Sequence record: NZ_CP085281.1
Source: a plasmid
Direction: 5' to 3' (one strand)
Length of the DNA: 64,000 nt
Each line of letters begins with the position of its first letter. Positions within the stretch are counted from its first letter, which is position 1. Positions 44,298-53,786 of this stretch are shown here, one piece after another. The notes beneath the pieces were generated by a model, which had not been told where the DNA came from, searched no databases, and was given only the letters and a program-made list of their open reading frames with translations. The position numbers were made by a program, and so were the translations under genes.

Positions 44298-44347
44298 GGT
44301 GGTGAGTCCTTCTCGGGGAGGGGGCGGCCTGAGTGCCGCCTCTATCC

Positions 44348-44382
44348 CTTGAAGTACCGGCCGCAAGCCCCGTTTCCGTCGC
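44348..44382 (+). promoter_or_regulatory. conserved motif CTTGAAGTACCGGCCGCAAGCCCCGTTTCCGTCGC (copy 2)
   Basis: about 50 nt upstream of conjugation-operon first gene; homologous to 20816..20850. Confidence 0.45.
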
Positions 44383-44620
44383 CCGTGCGCCGACGAATTT
44401 TGCGGTGGGCGGTTGGGCAGCTAACCGCTATCGGCAATAGCGCGTCCCTTGACAGCTGTCCAGACACATTTCTGATTTGCTTCTACCCCCTTGACAGGGG
44501 GGTGTACGCTGGCCGTGCAGCGGAGCGATAAGGTCAGCGTAAATCTCCCGAGGGACCTTCGCGAGCGCTATTTTCGCAGGTCAACCGTGTGAATGTGACC
44601 TCACAATCCTCGCCAATAGC

Positions 44621-44812
44621 GTCTGCGCAGGTTGCGCACATCAAATGTGCGCACGCGCTCACGGCCCGCGCACAGGGCGCGTGATCAGCTATCGGCGGGG
44701 GCGCGCACGCTCCGCGCACATCCCGCGCACGCCCTGGCGCACATCGAGCGCCGGCAGCCGCGCACATCCCGCGCACACGCCTCATCAGTGTGCTGTGCGC
44801 GTGAGAGGTGGG
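44621..44812 (+). repeat. iteron-like array of GCGCACA(T)-containing repeats
   Basis: inverted repeat TGCGCACATCAAATGTGCGCA (44622..44642); 18-bp direct repeat CGCGCACATCCCGCGCAC at 44714 and 44759; further CGCGCACAG, GCGCACATCGAGCGCC, and GCGTGAGAGGTGG twice (44797, 44924). Confidence 0.6.
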
Positions 44813-45057
44813 CCGTTGTTTTTCCGTCGCGTGAAAACCCAACCTGGTGGTTGCGCACCCCTCAGGCAACGCTTGCGCGCTGGTCACAGCCGTGTGACAA
44901 CTCATAATGTGGCGCAGATCACACGCGTGAGAGGTGGTTGCCGGGCCCTCTCACGGGGTCTGTCACGTCGTCGCTGACGGTTAGCTCACAACCCGTTCCG
45001 AGGCTGAGGTCATCAGCTGCGCCGCACTGGCGCCCACGACTCCTCCAGGAGACGGCC

Positions 45058-45912
45058 ATGACCACTCAGCCCCTATCCCTCCCCCGCCCCGCTGGTGCGC
45101 ATCAGTACTCGCCATCCGACATCCACTCCGACTTCCGGCACCCCGCCGTCGCGCTCCGCGACTACGCGCTGCGCTGCGCGGCCATGCGTTCACACCGCGC
45201 GCAGATCTCCGCGTGGCTCTGCGCCACGAACACCGCCACCGTTGAGCAACTCTTCGGAGCGCTCGCGGGCCGTAACGCCGAATCGACCGCTCTGCTGCTG
45301 AGTGAGTACCGCCGTGGTGTCGCCCTGGCCTCCACGCTGCTCCTCGGCGCCAAGACGGTGATGCTGACATCGGTCGCCCGTCACGCCCCAGGTGACACTG
45401 CCGAGGAGAAGTTTCAGACCACCGTTGACGCGTTCCTGGCTCACGCCTTGCCGGCAGTGAAACCGAGCCACGAGTACGCCGACGCGCAGTTGTACTGGGA
45501 GACCTTGCGGACAGTCACCAAACTCCACGAAGCTCCGCTCTGCGACACGGAGGAGGCATCCTTCGACGACGTCGCCGGCGCTGACGTACACGCCGATGCC
45601 GACAGTTACGTGACCGCCGATGCAGTGATGAATTGGGCCCTGGAACGCGGCGTGCTCGCCGAGCAGGATCACCGCGCATTGGTCCTTCGCTACGGCGGCA
45701 GCAGCGCCCGCCCGGTACGCGAAGTGGCGGCCATCATGGGTGTCAGCGAGAACAAACTCGAGTCCCGCCTTCGACGCGCAATGGCGCGACTCCGGGACGC
45801 TGTCGCCTCTGATTCCGAAGACCTTTACCGCGCCTGCGTTGATGCGCGGTGGGCACATCACGACGGCGCCCGTCGTACCGCAGCTGTCGGCAAGAATGGT
45901 GCCGCCGCGTGA
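45058..45912 (+). CDS. sigma-70 region-4-like regulatory protein (ECF-sigma-like C-terminus)
   Basis: ATG 45058 after GGAGACGG; C-terminal 'ARPVREVAAIMGVSENKLESRLRRAMARLRDAV' typical of sigma-70 region 4.2 HTH. Confidence 0.5.
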   Translation: MTTQPLSLPRPAGAHQYSPSDIHSDFRHPAVALRDYALRCAAMRSHRAQISAWLCATNTATVEQLFGALAGRNAESTALLLSEYRRGVALASTLLLGAKTVMLTSVARHAPGDTAEEKFQTTVDAFLAHALPAVKPSHEYADAQLYWETLRTVTKLHEAPLCDTEEASFDDVAGADVHADADSYVTADAVMNWALERGVLAEQDHRALVLRYGGSSARPVREVAAIMGVSENKLESRLRRAMARLRDAVASDSEDLYRACVDARWAHHDGARRTAAVGKNGAAA

Positions 45913-47162
45913 GCGCCTCCGCCGACGCAGACGGGATAAAATTTACCAATAGTGGTAATCCGCTCGACCCTGAGCGGCACCCGATGCCCCCCTCGGAAAG
46001 TGATGTCGACGTGTCCGATGTGTACCACCAACATGCCGATGCGATCGCCGACGGCTTGATGGCTGACCCCGATCTCTTCGAGCCCGTGAGTGCCGAGTTC
46101 GCGTCGAATTCTGACGATGGATACGGCGAGTGGATGCCCAGCGGTGACGACGGCGACGCGGCTGCCGAGTTCGACGGAACCGTCTACTCCTATGACCCAG
46201 TCGACCGCAGTGATCGCACTCTGACCGACGAAGAGCGCGCAGACCTCGACGAGCTGGGCCGTGTGATGAACGGCCCGCCAGATCATGCTCTGCTCTCCGG
46301 TACTGGCCGCGGCGCATACGTACACCGCGATGAGGACGACCTCATCGATCCCGGCACCGCCGACGATCACGATGCCGATGCCGTCGATGATTTGGGCACG
46401 CGCAGCAGCGGCCCGTGGTGGCGTCTCGGGTGGTTCGACGGCCGGCGACGCTCGCACCGCGTGGGCGCGATCGCAGCTGCCGTCGTGATTGTTCTCGTCG
46501 TCGTCGTCCTGGTCCTGCCCGGCGGCGACGACAAGTCATCGTCGACAGCTGCCACCACGCCGGCCTACACGGTGCCCACGATGACCCAATCGCCACCGCC
46601 CTCTCCTACTCCGGGAAGCCCTGCCGCCGGCGCTGTAGCCGACGGCCCCATCGGCATCAAGCGCGCGGACAGCCGTTGCACGGCTGGGTCGACTGACCCC
46701 ATGCAAGCGTTCGACAACGACGTCAACACCGCGTGGATGTGCGTGCCGGCCTACGGCGTTCCGGGCACGGTTCTGCGTGTCGAATTCGACAACTGGTACG
46801 TCGTCACCGGCGTCTCGATCGTGCCCGGATGGAATCGGGTGAACCCGGATGGGTCCGATGAATGGCTCAAGCACAAGACAGCCGCGACCGTCGAGTATCA
46901 GTTCAACGATCCCGATGAGACGCGCCTGACCCAGCAGACGAACAACATCCGCGATGAGGTGGTCACCCCGGTGCAGCCGCCCGTCTTGGCCTCCGCGATG
47001 ACCATCACGATCACCGAGTTCGGCACCCCCACCGGTCCGGTAGCTGACACTCGCGACGTTCCGGGACAAGGCGGTGTCATCGTCTCGGACACACCGAAGA
47101 CGGGCGATCTCAAGGACTTCGCGGTGTCGTCGATCAGCATCATCGGGCACCGTGCTGCGTGA
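45909..47162 (+). CDS. putative anti-sigma-like membrane protein with discoidin-like C-terminal domain
   Basis: GTGA overlap with sigma-like gene; acidic N-domain, single TM 'AIAAAVVIVLVVVVLVLP', C-terminal beta-rich domain with 'NDVNTAWM' motif. Confidence 0.4.
   Translation: MSASADADGIKFTNSGNPLDPERHPMPPSESDVDVSDVYHQHADAIADGLMADPDLFEPVSAEFASNSDDGYGEWMPSGDDGDAAAEFDGTVYSYDPVDRSDRTLTDEERADLDELGRVMNGPPDHALLSGTGRGAYVHRDEDDLIDPGTADDHDADAVDDLGTRSSGPWWRLGWFDGRRRSHRVGAIAAAVVIVLVVVVLVLPGGDDKSSSTAATTPAYTVPTMTQSPPPSPTPGSPAAGAVADGPIGIKRADSRCTAGSTDPMQAFDNDVNTAWMCVPAYGVPGTVLRVEFDNWYVVTGVSIVPGWNRVNPDGSDEWLKHKTAATVEYQFNDPDETRLTQQTNNIRDEVVTPVQPPVLASAMTITITEFGTPTGPVADTRDVPGQGGVIVSDTPKTGDLKDFAVSSISIIGHRAA
45938..45964 (+). 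promoter_or_regulatory. motif AAAATTTACCAATAGTGGTAATCCGCT (perfect palindrome TTACCA-ATAG-TGGTAA)
   Basis: second copy of the 6082 motif, same orientation, at the junction of the sigma-like and anti-sigma-like genes. Confidence 0.45.
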
Positions 47163-47911
47163 TGAGCAAGGCGGCCATGTCCTCGCGAACCGTCCGACGA
47201 GGCCGTGACGGGCGTACACCCGTCACCGTCTCGGCGCGAGCGGTGGTGGCCGTAGCGCTGTGCGTCGCGACGGTGTCATGTTCGACGACCACTAGCGGCC
47301 ATGTCGTCGGCGCCCCCAACCTGGGGCATGCTCCGCGCCCGGTAGCCACCGCGGCGTTGTCGGGCCTGTTGCTGAGCACCAGCGAGGCAGGCGACATCAT
47401 GGGCGCTCGCCTTGCGGTCGCCGACTCCAGCCAAGGGCTCTACGAGAACCAACCACTCGACGACGGCTGCCTGGTGTGGGCAGAGGCCCAGCGACACACC
47501 TACCAGGACAGTGGATGGACCGCCGTGCGGGTGCAGGAATTGCGCGACCGGCCGGACGCCAACGCCGACCACATCGTCTACCAATCGGTTGTCGCGTTCC
47601 CCGACGCGGCGGGTGCACACGCGTTCTACGAAGGCCAGCAAGGTGAGTGGAGGCGGTGCGACGACCGGCGCGTGGACTTGCGCGATCCGGGCGATCCAGA
47701 CGCGCACTACTGGTCTCTCAACACAGCGACCGAGGACGACGGCGTCCTGACGATCACCAGATCCGAGCAAGATCTCCCTGGCTGGTCTTGCCAGCGGGCG
47801 ATGACCGCGAAGAACAATGTGATCGTCGACCTGTCGGCTTGTGCGATGGACGTGGACGACCGCGGTGCCCGGCTGACTGAGCGGATCGCCGCGAAAATCG
47901 ACGATCAGTAA
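47159..47911 (+). CDS. lipoprotein with PknH-like extracellular sensor-type domain
   Basis: signal peptide plus lipobox-like 'VATVSCS'; paired Cys and Trp-rich domain resembling mycobacterial 'sensor domain-containing' lipoproteins. Confidence 0.5.
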   Translation: MMSKAAMSSRTVRRGRDGRTPVTVSARAVVAVALCVATVSCSTTTSGHVVGAPNLGHAPRPVATAALSGLLLSTSEAGDIMGARLAVADSSQGLYENQPLDDGCLVWAEAQRHTYQDSGWTAVRVQELRDRPDANADHIVYQSVVAFPDAAGAHAFYEGQQGEWRRCDDRRVDLRDPGDPDAHYWSLNTATEDDGVLTITRSEQDLPGWSCQRAMTAKNNVIVDLSACAMDVDDRGARLTERIAAKIDDQ

Positions 47912-48042
47912 CACCCCCAAGCAAGACCATCACCGGCGTGCCCACAAGGTCGTCGTAGTCGCCAGCGCGGCGGTCTCCTTGGCCGTTGGGGTCAGCTTCC
48001 TGAGCCCACGCTCCCCCTGCGCGGCCGCGGCTTTCGAGTCGG

Positions 48043-48840
48043 CTATCCCACCGTTCTGCAGCCGGTTGTGGCCGTCGGCGTCGGCGGTGACGTGCCGTCG
48101 TTCTTGGTGAGGAACACGTCGACAGCGACGCATCCTGCTTCTGAGTTTGCGATGAGGATCTTGCTGATCGGGTACCAGACCGGCTGCCCTGAGGCGGGCT
48201 CCGTGGCGTCCAAGCGTGTGTTGGTCTTGTCGCGTCGAGCGACGACGTGCATGGTCCAGCCATCGGGGACGGGCTGCTTTTGCGCCGGGTCTCCGCCCCA
48301 CGGCACCCATGCCCACACAGCTGGAGGGCAACCGGGCTTGGAGAAGGTGTGTAGCTGCACGCGGGCGATCGCAACACCGTCTGGACCGAGCACGTCGGGT
48401 TGAGTACCAGGCAGGACCACACTCGCCAGCTCGTCGCAATTGTCGACGTCCTTGGCGAAGTGGCCGTCCCATCGCTGCATGAGTTCTTGCGTGGCACTAC
48501 GTTTCGTCAGCGTGAACGTCGTCGCGCTGGCGATCGCCACGACCACCAGGAGGCCGGCGCCGATCCACTGCTTACGCGACGGGCGCGACATCATGGTGGG
48601 CCCGCTGACGAGGATGCCGACTGCCAGGATGATCGCCCAGCCGGCGAGGAGTAGCTCGCCGCCGCGGAGCGCGCCGAATTTGTCGATCAGGTAGCCGGCG
48701 CTGGCCACGAATCCCACGACGCCGACGAAGACTCGGCCGATCTTCACCAGAGATTGGGAGGGGCGGTAGCGGTGGCGGCCTGGCGATGCGGTCATCGTTC
48801 CGTCTCTGTCGGCGCTAGGGATCGTCGATGCTCGATCCAT
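48043..48840 (-). CDS. membrane protein, hypothetical
   Basis: 265-aa ORF with 3 N-terminal TM segments and Cys-containing extracytoplasmic domain. Confidence 0.4.
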   Translation of the reverse strand: MDRASTIPSADRDGTMTASPGRHRYRPSQSLVKIGRVFVGVVGFVASAGYLIDKFGALRGGELLLAGWAIILAVGILVSGPTMMSRPSRKQWIGAGLLVVVAIASATTFTLTKRSATQELMQRWDGHFAKDVDNCDELASVVLPGTQPDVLGPDGVAIARVQLHTFSKPGCPPAVWAWVPWGGDPAQKQPVPDGWTMHVVARRDKTNTRLDATEPASGQPVWYPISKILIANSEAGCVAVDVFLTKNDGTSPPTPTATTGCRTVG

Positions 48841-49703
48841 TGTTCAGTGTGGCAGGCCAATCAGTGGCCTGGCCGGGCTCGCGCGACGCCCCCTCAGGTG
48901 AATCTTGAGGTTCGGACATTGGTGCGCCGGGAGACGGCGGTCAGCGGCCGGCGTCGAGATCGGTGGTGATGGCATCCGGTTCCAGCCAGAGGCTCATGGT
49001 CAACTCGGTGTGCCCGTTGGCGCTGGCGGCTGTGCACTGCAAGACCGCCAGCCATCCTCCGTCGCTGCGGCGGACCCAGGCGGTCTGACGGGCGGGCATC
49101 CACGGATCCAGGCGCAGTCCGAAGGCACGCACCCACAGCGGCAGCTCGTCTTGGCGGCGGGCGCGCCCCAGGCCTGGGAAGACGCGGGCCATGTTGACCA
49201 TGACTGGCCGGTCGAGGTGAATCACGACAGGATGTTCGGCCGGCGGCCAGTTGTTAGCCACCGCCGGTTCCTGGCCGGTTGTCGAGAGCGCGCAGGTCGC
49301 ATTGGTCGGTTCGGGGCGGTGTGTAGCTGGTGGACCAGCATGAAGTGCAGGTGTGCGTCCTGTGCGACGTCGGGCATGCCGCGCATTGCGCCGTGCCCAC
49401 CAACACGCGGCTGGGCCCGAGAGCGGCTCCACAGGCTTCGCAGTGGGTGGGCTGGGGTTCGGCCCAGCCGTGGTGGGTCCGCCGCAGCTCCACGGTCGTA
49501 TCGTACATGTGTTCGAATGCGGGCATGGAGCGCTCGGCGGTTCACCACCAGTGGGGAGTCCGCGTCGCCGACGGAGCCGACACCCCGGCGGCCCAAGCTC
49601 GCGCGGCCACGACGTGAGTGGCGCGGGTAGTTCGACGCGTGCGCACCAAAAAGGCCGCGGCGAGAAAGTTTCGCCGCGGCCCGATGGTGGATGGTTCGCC
49701 TGG

Positions 49704-50216
49704 TTAGGCGCCGATGAGCTGGTGGGTGGCCGGTGTAGCGATGGGTAGCAGCTCGTACGGTCGAGCCACCGGGCGGCGACGGTTCGTCTGCGACCGCCGA
49801 ACAGCCTTTGCTAGCTGCTCCTCATCGAGGTTGAGGTGCTCCTTGAGCTTGTCGCGCACCTGTGGGGGGATGGAGCTGCGCCCAGCCTCCATACGACCCA
49901 GGTGCACGGGGCTCGTCCCAATCAGTGGCGCCAGCTGGGCGAGGCTATAGCCCGCCAGAACGCGGTAGTAGGCAAGGTTGCGGGCGGTCTCCGTGACGAC
50001 GTACAGCTCGCTGGGATCGACTCCGAGCACCTTGGCCAGACGCGCGATGAACCTTGGAGAGGGCGCAGCCTCGCCCTTTGCCCAGCGAGTGACAGTGCCC
50101 TGGTTGACGTTCACCGCCGCAGCGAGGGAACGGTTACTCAGATTCTGCTTCTTCGCGAGGTCCAACATCCTGCGGTACTTGAAGACCCCGGGCATGGCTG
50201 CCGGCGTGGAACGCAT
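49704..50216 (-). CDS. XRE-family transcriptional regulator with two HTH domains
   Basis: 'LSNRSLAAAVNVNQGTVTRWAKGEAAPS' and 'LAGYSLAQLAPLIGTSPVHLGRMEAGRS' Cro/C1-type HTH repeats. Confidence 0.65.
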   Translation of the reverse strand: MRSTPAAMPGVFKYRRMLDLAKKQNLSNRSLAAAVNVNQGTVTRWAKGEAAPSPRFIARLAKVLGVDPSELYVVTETARNLAYYRVLAGYSLAQLAPLIGTSPVHLGRMEAGRSSIPPQVRDKLKEHLNLDEEQLAKAVRRSQTNRRRPVARPYELLPIATPATHQLIGA

Positions 50217-50567
50217 GAGTGCGTCTCCCTTCCTTGACCCGATGATCTCAGCAATGGCCCTTGAACTATAACCGCCCAAATGTTTCCCGCACAGGAGCCG
50301 GCGTGGCGCAACACGCCGATGCAGGGCAATTTCACTCCTGTCACAGCAGTAAAAAAGGCCAGGTCAGGCACATCAGATTTGGTCGCACACGGAGGTTCGT
50401 GGCGGCAGTGTTGCATACACGAACATTGCCTGTGGCGGTAAGTCGTGGCACGATCTGCGTTCATCGGACACCTGGCAGTGTCCGGGGAACTGAATAGAAC
50501 ACCCAGAAAACCAAAAACCGGCTGGTAGCTGGCACTACCAACCGGCGGGCCCCCCGAAGGGAAGCGG

Positions 50568-51737
50568 ATGTCTTGGAGACACCGCCATTTTAGCGTGCGA
50601 CCAGCACGTTTGGCAAACGTTCCGTGCGACGAAATCGTGTCTGCGCAGTCACGGGAACGTCACGACTCAAGCTTCGCCACGCTCCCCCACGGCCTCTCCT
50701 CGACCCGGGTCGCCGAGGCCAATTACCGGCTCCAGCGTCGGCAGTGGATCATCACCGCAGGTGCGGTCCCTGCCACCACCCCGATGTGGACTTCACGCAC
50801 GTCCTGGGTCTGCGAAGTCGCAACCTGGGCCGCCGGCGAAGCAGGCCAGCACGCGCTCCACCGGGCGCACTTGACCCAGCGCATGTTCACCCGAGTCAGC
50901 GCAGCCCTCGCCCGCTTCGCCGATGGAGCCAGCGGACGCCACTGCGCCGTCACCAATGCACGCGTCGCTCTGTCCGCCAGCTGCAGCCCACGCACCGTCA
51001 CCACCGTCCGAGCCGTCCTGGCGGAAGCCGCGTTCGCCGTCGAGGTGCGCCGCGGCACGGGATCGTCGACCACGCCCGTCTACCAGCGTCGACCCTCCGT
51101 CTGGCACTTGACGTCACGCCGACGGCCTGTGGATAAGTCCCCATTTTGCGACCTACCCCGTTCCCGGAGGGTATCGGGGTCTGTCCCTATGGGTTCAACT
51201 CCACCAAGCGAGGCGCAAAGCGCCCCGCCGAGAAATCCATCCACCAAAAAACGCCATCAGAGGCGGCCCGCAGCCACCCCCACTGCGCCACGCCCCCTGC
51301 ACACACAGCGGCTCGCTGGCTGGTTGGCGTCGACATCCACCGGGCTCGGCATCCGCTCGGGCCATCACGTTGTCGGCCAGATTTGCAATGCGCTGGATGC
51401 GAGCCACCTGGACCTGCCTGCCTGGACCGGCCCCCAGCTGGTCGCAGCACTCAACGCCGACATGCGGCAGCGCGGATTCACCTGGCCCGACCAGATCACC
51501 AGCCCGGGGCCCTTCCTGGCTCAACGCCTCCGCCATCTGCCCGCGCGCCCTTCGCCAGCCCAACCCGGTACCGCCCCCTCCCCCACTTCGCGTGGTGTAG
51601 ACCGCCAAGAGCCAGCACCAGCAGTTCCGTCGGTAACGCCCACGGCAGAGCCCTCGGCGGTCCGGTTGGCGGCCCAGCGCAAGATCCGCGAGATCCTGGC
51701 GCGCCGGCAGAGCGCCACGACGCATTCGTTGCGCTGA
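50568..51737 (+). CDS. Rep/replication-relaxation-like HTH protein, paralog 1 (start uncertain)
   Basis: 'GRHCAVTNARVALSASCSPRTVTTVRAVLAEAAFAVEVRRGTGS' winged-HTH and C-terminal 'NADMRQRGFTWPDQITSPGPFLAQRLRHLP' shared with 56055..57248. Confidence 0.45.
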   Translation: MSWRHRHFSVRPARLANVPCDEIVSAQSRERHDSSFATLPHGLSSTRVAEANYRLQRRQWIITAGAVPATTPMWTSRTSWVCEVATWAAGEAGQHALHRAHLTQRMFTRVSAALARFADGASGRHCAVTNARVALSASCSPRTVTTVRAVLAEAAFAVEVRRGTGSSTTPVYQRRPSVWHLTSRRRPVDKSPFCDLPRSRRVSGSVPMGSTPPSEAQSAPPRNPSTKKRHQRRPAATPTAPRPLHTQRLAGWLASTSTGLGIRSGHHVVGQICNALDASHLDLPAWTGPQLVAALNADMRQRGFTWPDQITSPGPFLAQRLRHLPARPSPAQPGTAPSPTSRGVDRQEPAPAVPSVTPTAEPSAVRLAAQRKIREILARRQSATTHSLR

Positions 51738-52353
51738 CATCAGTGCAGGTCAGACCAATGTCTATCGGCTTGGTAGGGCACCCGGCGCCGTCTACGCTCG
51801 GACAAACTCCAGGAAGAATCCTCCAGCGCCGAGAAGAGGCGCAAGCCCTCAGAGCCTCGTAGAGGCACGAAATAGGCCTCCGGCAGGTAACCACACCCCC
51901 GAAGGGTCGACAGCGGCTCAGCGACGCGTCTAGACACCGGTACGGGCCATGTAGATCTTCGGCAGCTAACAGCTGCCCGTCTTATCGCCGCAGGTCAGAG
52001 TGGGTAACAAGCTGCTCACAGCACATGATCAACGTGCGCAGATTGTGAGGACAACTCATAGGCGACCTGCGGATAATTCATCGGCAACGTGACAGAGCGC
52101 GTCGCAGGGCTGATAACGGGGGCACGTGAGTCTCATATGAAGCGTGCGGTGATTGTGGACGCCTCGTGAATCACTTATCAGAGAGTGCCAGGCCAGCGGC
52201 TCGCTCAGACCTGGCCTGCCTCGGGCGCCGTGTGGGGAATGACGCCCCGCCGACGACGTATTACGCCTGCGTGGGTCGCCTCGGAGCCGAGCCCTGCCTC
52301 CTCCTGTCCCCTTTCGTCACAGTGACAGGGCACGATGGTTGCACGTGCTGTGT

Positions 52354-52362
52354 GTGCAGATA
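52354..52362 (+). repeat. target-site duplication GTGCAGATA (left) of IS256 copy 1
   Basis: identical 9-mer at 53778..53786 immediately outside the IS ends. Confidence 0.75.
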
Positions 52363-53777
52363 GGGAGCGTCCCGGGGAGTGGTGTAAGTGATGGCGGCGT
52401 GTCGGTCCCTGACGTAAGAGGGCCATCGCGTGAGTCTCTGTGGTGAAACGACCAAGAATCACTACCGAGAGGAACATCGCGATGGCCCTGGACCAGTCTG
52501 CCTTGCTGGAGGTGCTCGACGCACTGCGCACCGCCGATGCCGGTGAGCGGATCACTCAAGCCGCCGAAACGATCTACCAAGCCTTGATCGACGCGGAGTT
52601 GACCGCGTTCATCGGGGCTTCTCCCCATGAGCGCACCGAGACCCGCTCCAATCAGCGCAACGGCTCGCGTCCGCGCACGCTGTCCACGGTCGCAGGGGAC
52701 CTGGAACTGCGGATTCCCAAGCTGCGCACCGGGTCATTTTTCCCGGCGTTGTTGGAGCGGCGTCGCCGGGTCGATCAGTGCTTGTTCGCGGTGGTGATGG
52801 AGGCCTACCTGCACGGCACCTCCACCCGCAAGGTCGACGATCTGGTCAAGGCACTGGGTACCGATACCGGGATCTCCAAAAGCGAGGTCAGCCGGATCTG
52901 CAAAGACCTCGACACCGAGGTCGCGGCCTTCCGGGACCGGCCGTTGGGTGATCAGCGCTTTCCGTATGTCTTCCTCGACGCCACCTACTGCAAGGCCCGG
53001 GTGAATCATCGGGTGGTGTCGCAGGCGGTGGTCATCGCCACCGGGGTGGCCGCTGACGGGCGCCGCGAGGTACTGGGCTTTGAGGTCGGAGACTCCGAGG
53101 ACGGGGCGTTCTGGACCGCGTTTTTGCGGTCGTTGAAATCCCGCGGTCTGGCCGGAGTCCAACTGGTCATCTCCGATGCCCATGCCGGACTGCGCAGTGC
53201 CATTGACGCCGTGCTGATCGGGGCCGCCTGGCAGCGGTGTCGAGTGCACTTCCTGCGCAACGTGCTCGCCCAAGTGCCCAAGGGCTCCGCAGAGATGGTC
53301 GCCGCCGCGATCCGCACCGTCTTCGCCCAGCCAGACGCCGAGCACGTGCGCGAACAACTCGACACCATCGCCGGCATGCTCGGCCGCCAGTTCCCCAAGG
53401 TCGAAACCATGTTGCGCGAGGCCGCCGCCGACATCACCGCCTTCGCCGACTTCCCGGTGGCCCACTGGAAAAAGATCTGGTCAACCAACCCACTGGAGCG
53501 ATTGAACAAGGAAATCAAACGCCGCACCGACGTCGTCGGCGTGTTCCCCAACCCCGCCGCGCTGTTACGGCTGGCCGGCTCGGTACTCGTTGAGGCCCAC
53601 GACGAATGGCAGGTCGCCGACAAGCGCTACCTCTCCGAGACCAGCCTCGCTCTGCTCGACGTCAGTGACCAAAGTGCCGAAACCATTGCCCCCACAGCCG
53701 CTCTCACGGCATAGTGGCTACCACAGAGCCACACGCGGACACGCGACCGCTCTTACACCACTCCACGGGACGTGACC
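52363..53777 (+). mobile_element. IS256-family insertion sequence, copy 1 (1415 bp)
   Basis: imperfect terminal IRs GGGAGCGTCCCGGGGAGTGGTGTAAG / revcomp GGTCACGTCCCGTGGAGTGGTGTAAG; mutator-type transposase; flanked by 9-bp direct repeat; identical to copy 2. Confidence 0.9.
52440..53714 (+). CDS. IS256-family (mutator-type) transposase
   Basis: 424 aa; 'FLDATYCKARVNHRVVSQAVVIATGVAADGRREVLGF', 'LVISDAHAGL', 'WQRCRVHFLRNVL', 'NPLERLNKEIKRRT' conserved IS256 transposase blocks. Confidence 0.9.
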   Translation: MVKRPRITTERNIAMALDQSALLEVLDALRTADAGERITQAAETIYQALIDAELTAFIGASPHERTETRSNQRNGSRPRTLSTVAGDLELRIPKLRTGSFFPALLERRRRVDQCLFAVVMEAYLHGTSTRKVDDLVKALGTDTGISKSEVSRICKDLDTEVAAFRDRPLGDQRFPYVFLDATYCKARVNHRVVSQAVVIATGVAADGRREVLGFEVGDSEDGAFWTAFLRSLKSRGLAGVQLVISDAHAGLRSAIDAVLIGAAWQRCRVHFLRNVLAQVPKGSAEMVAAAIRTVFAQPDAEHVREQLDTIAGMLGRQFPKVETMLREAAADITAFADFPVAHWKKIWSTNPLERLNKEIKRRTDVVGVFPNPAALLRLAGSVLVEAHDEWQVADKRYLSETSLALLDVSDQSAETIAPTAALTA

Positions 53778-53786
53778 GTGCAGATA
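53778..53786 (+). repeat. target-site duplication GTGCAGATA (right) of IS256 copy 1
   Basis: matches 52354..52362. Confidence 0.75.

Noticed and set aside
48941-49526. ORFs 48941..49432 (-) and 49254..49526 (-, CxxC...CxxC small protein)
   Set aside because: They overlap each other in different frames with no RBS, and the composition is poor, so neither call can be made. The Zn-ribbon-like 90-aa frame is the more plausible of the two if anything is coding here.
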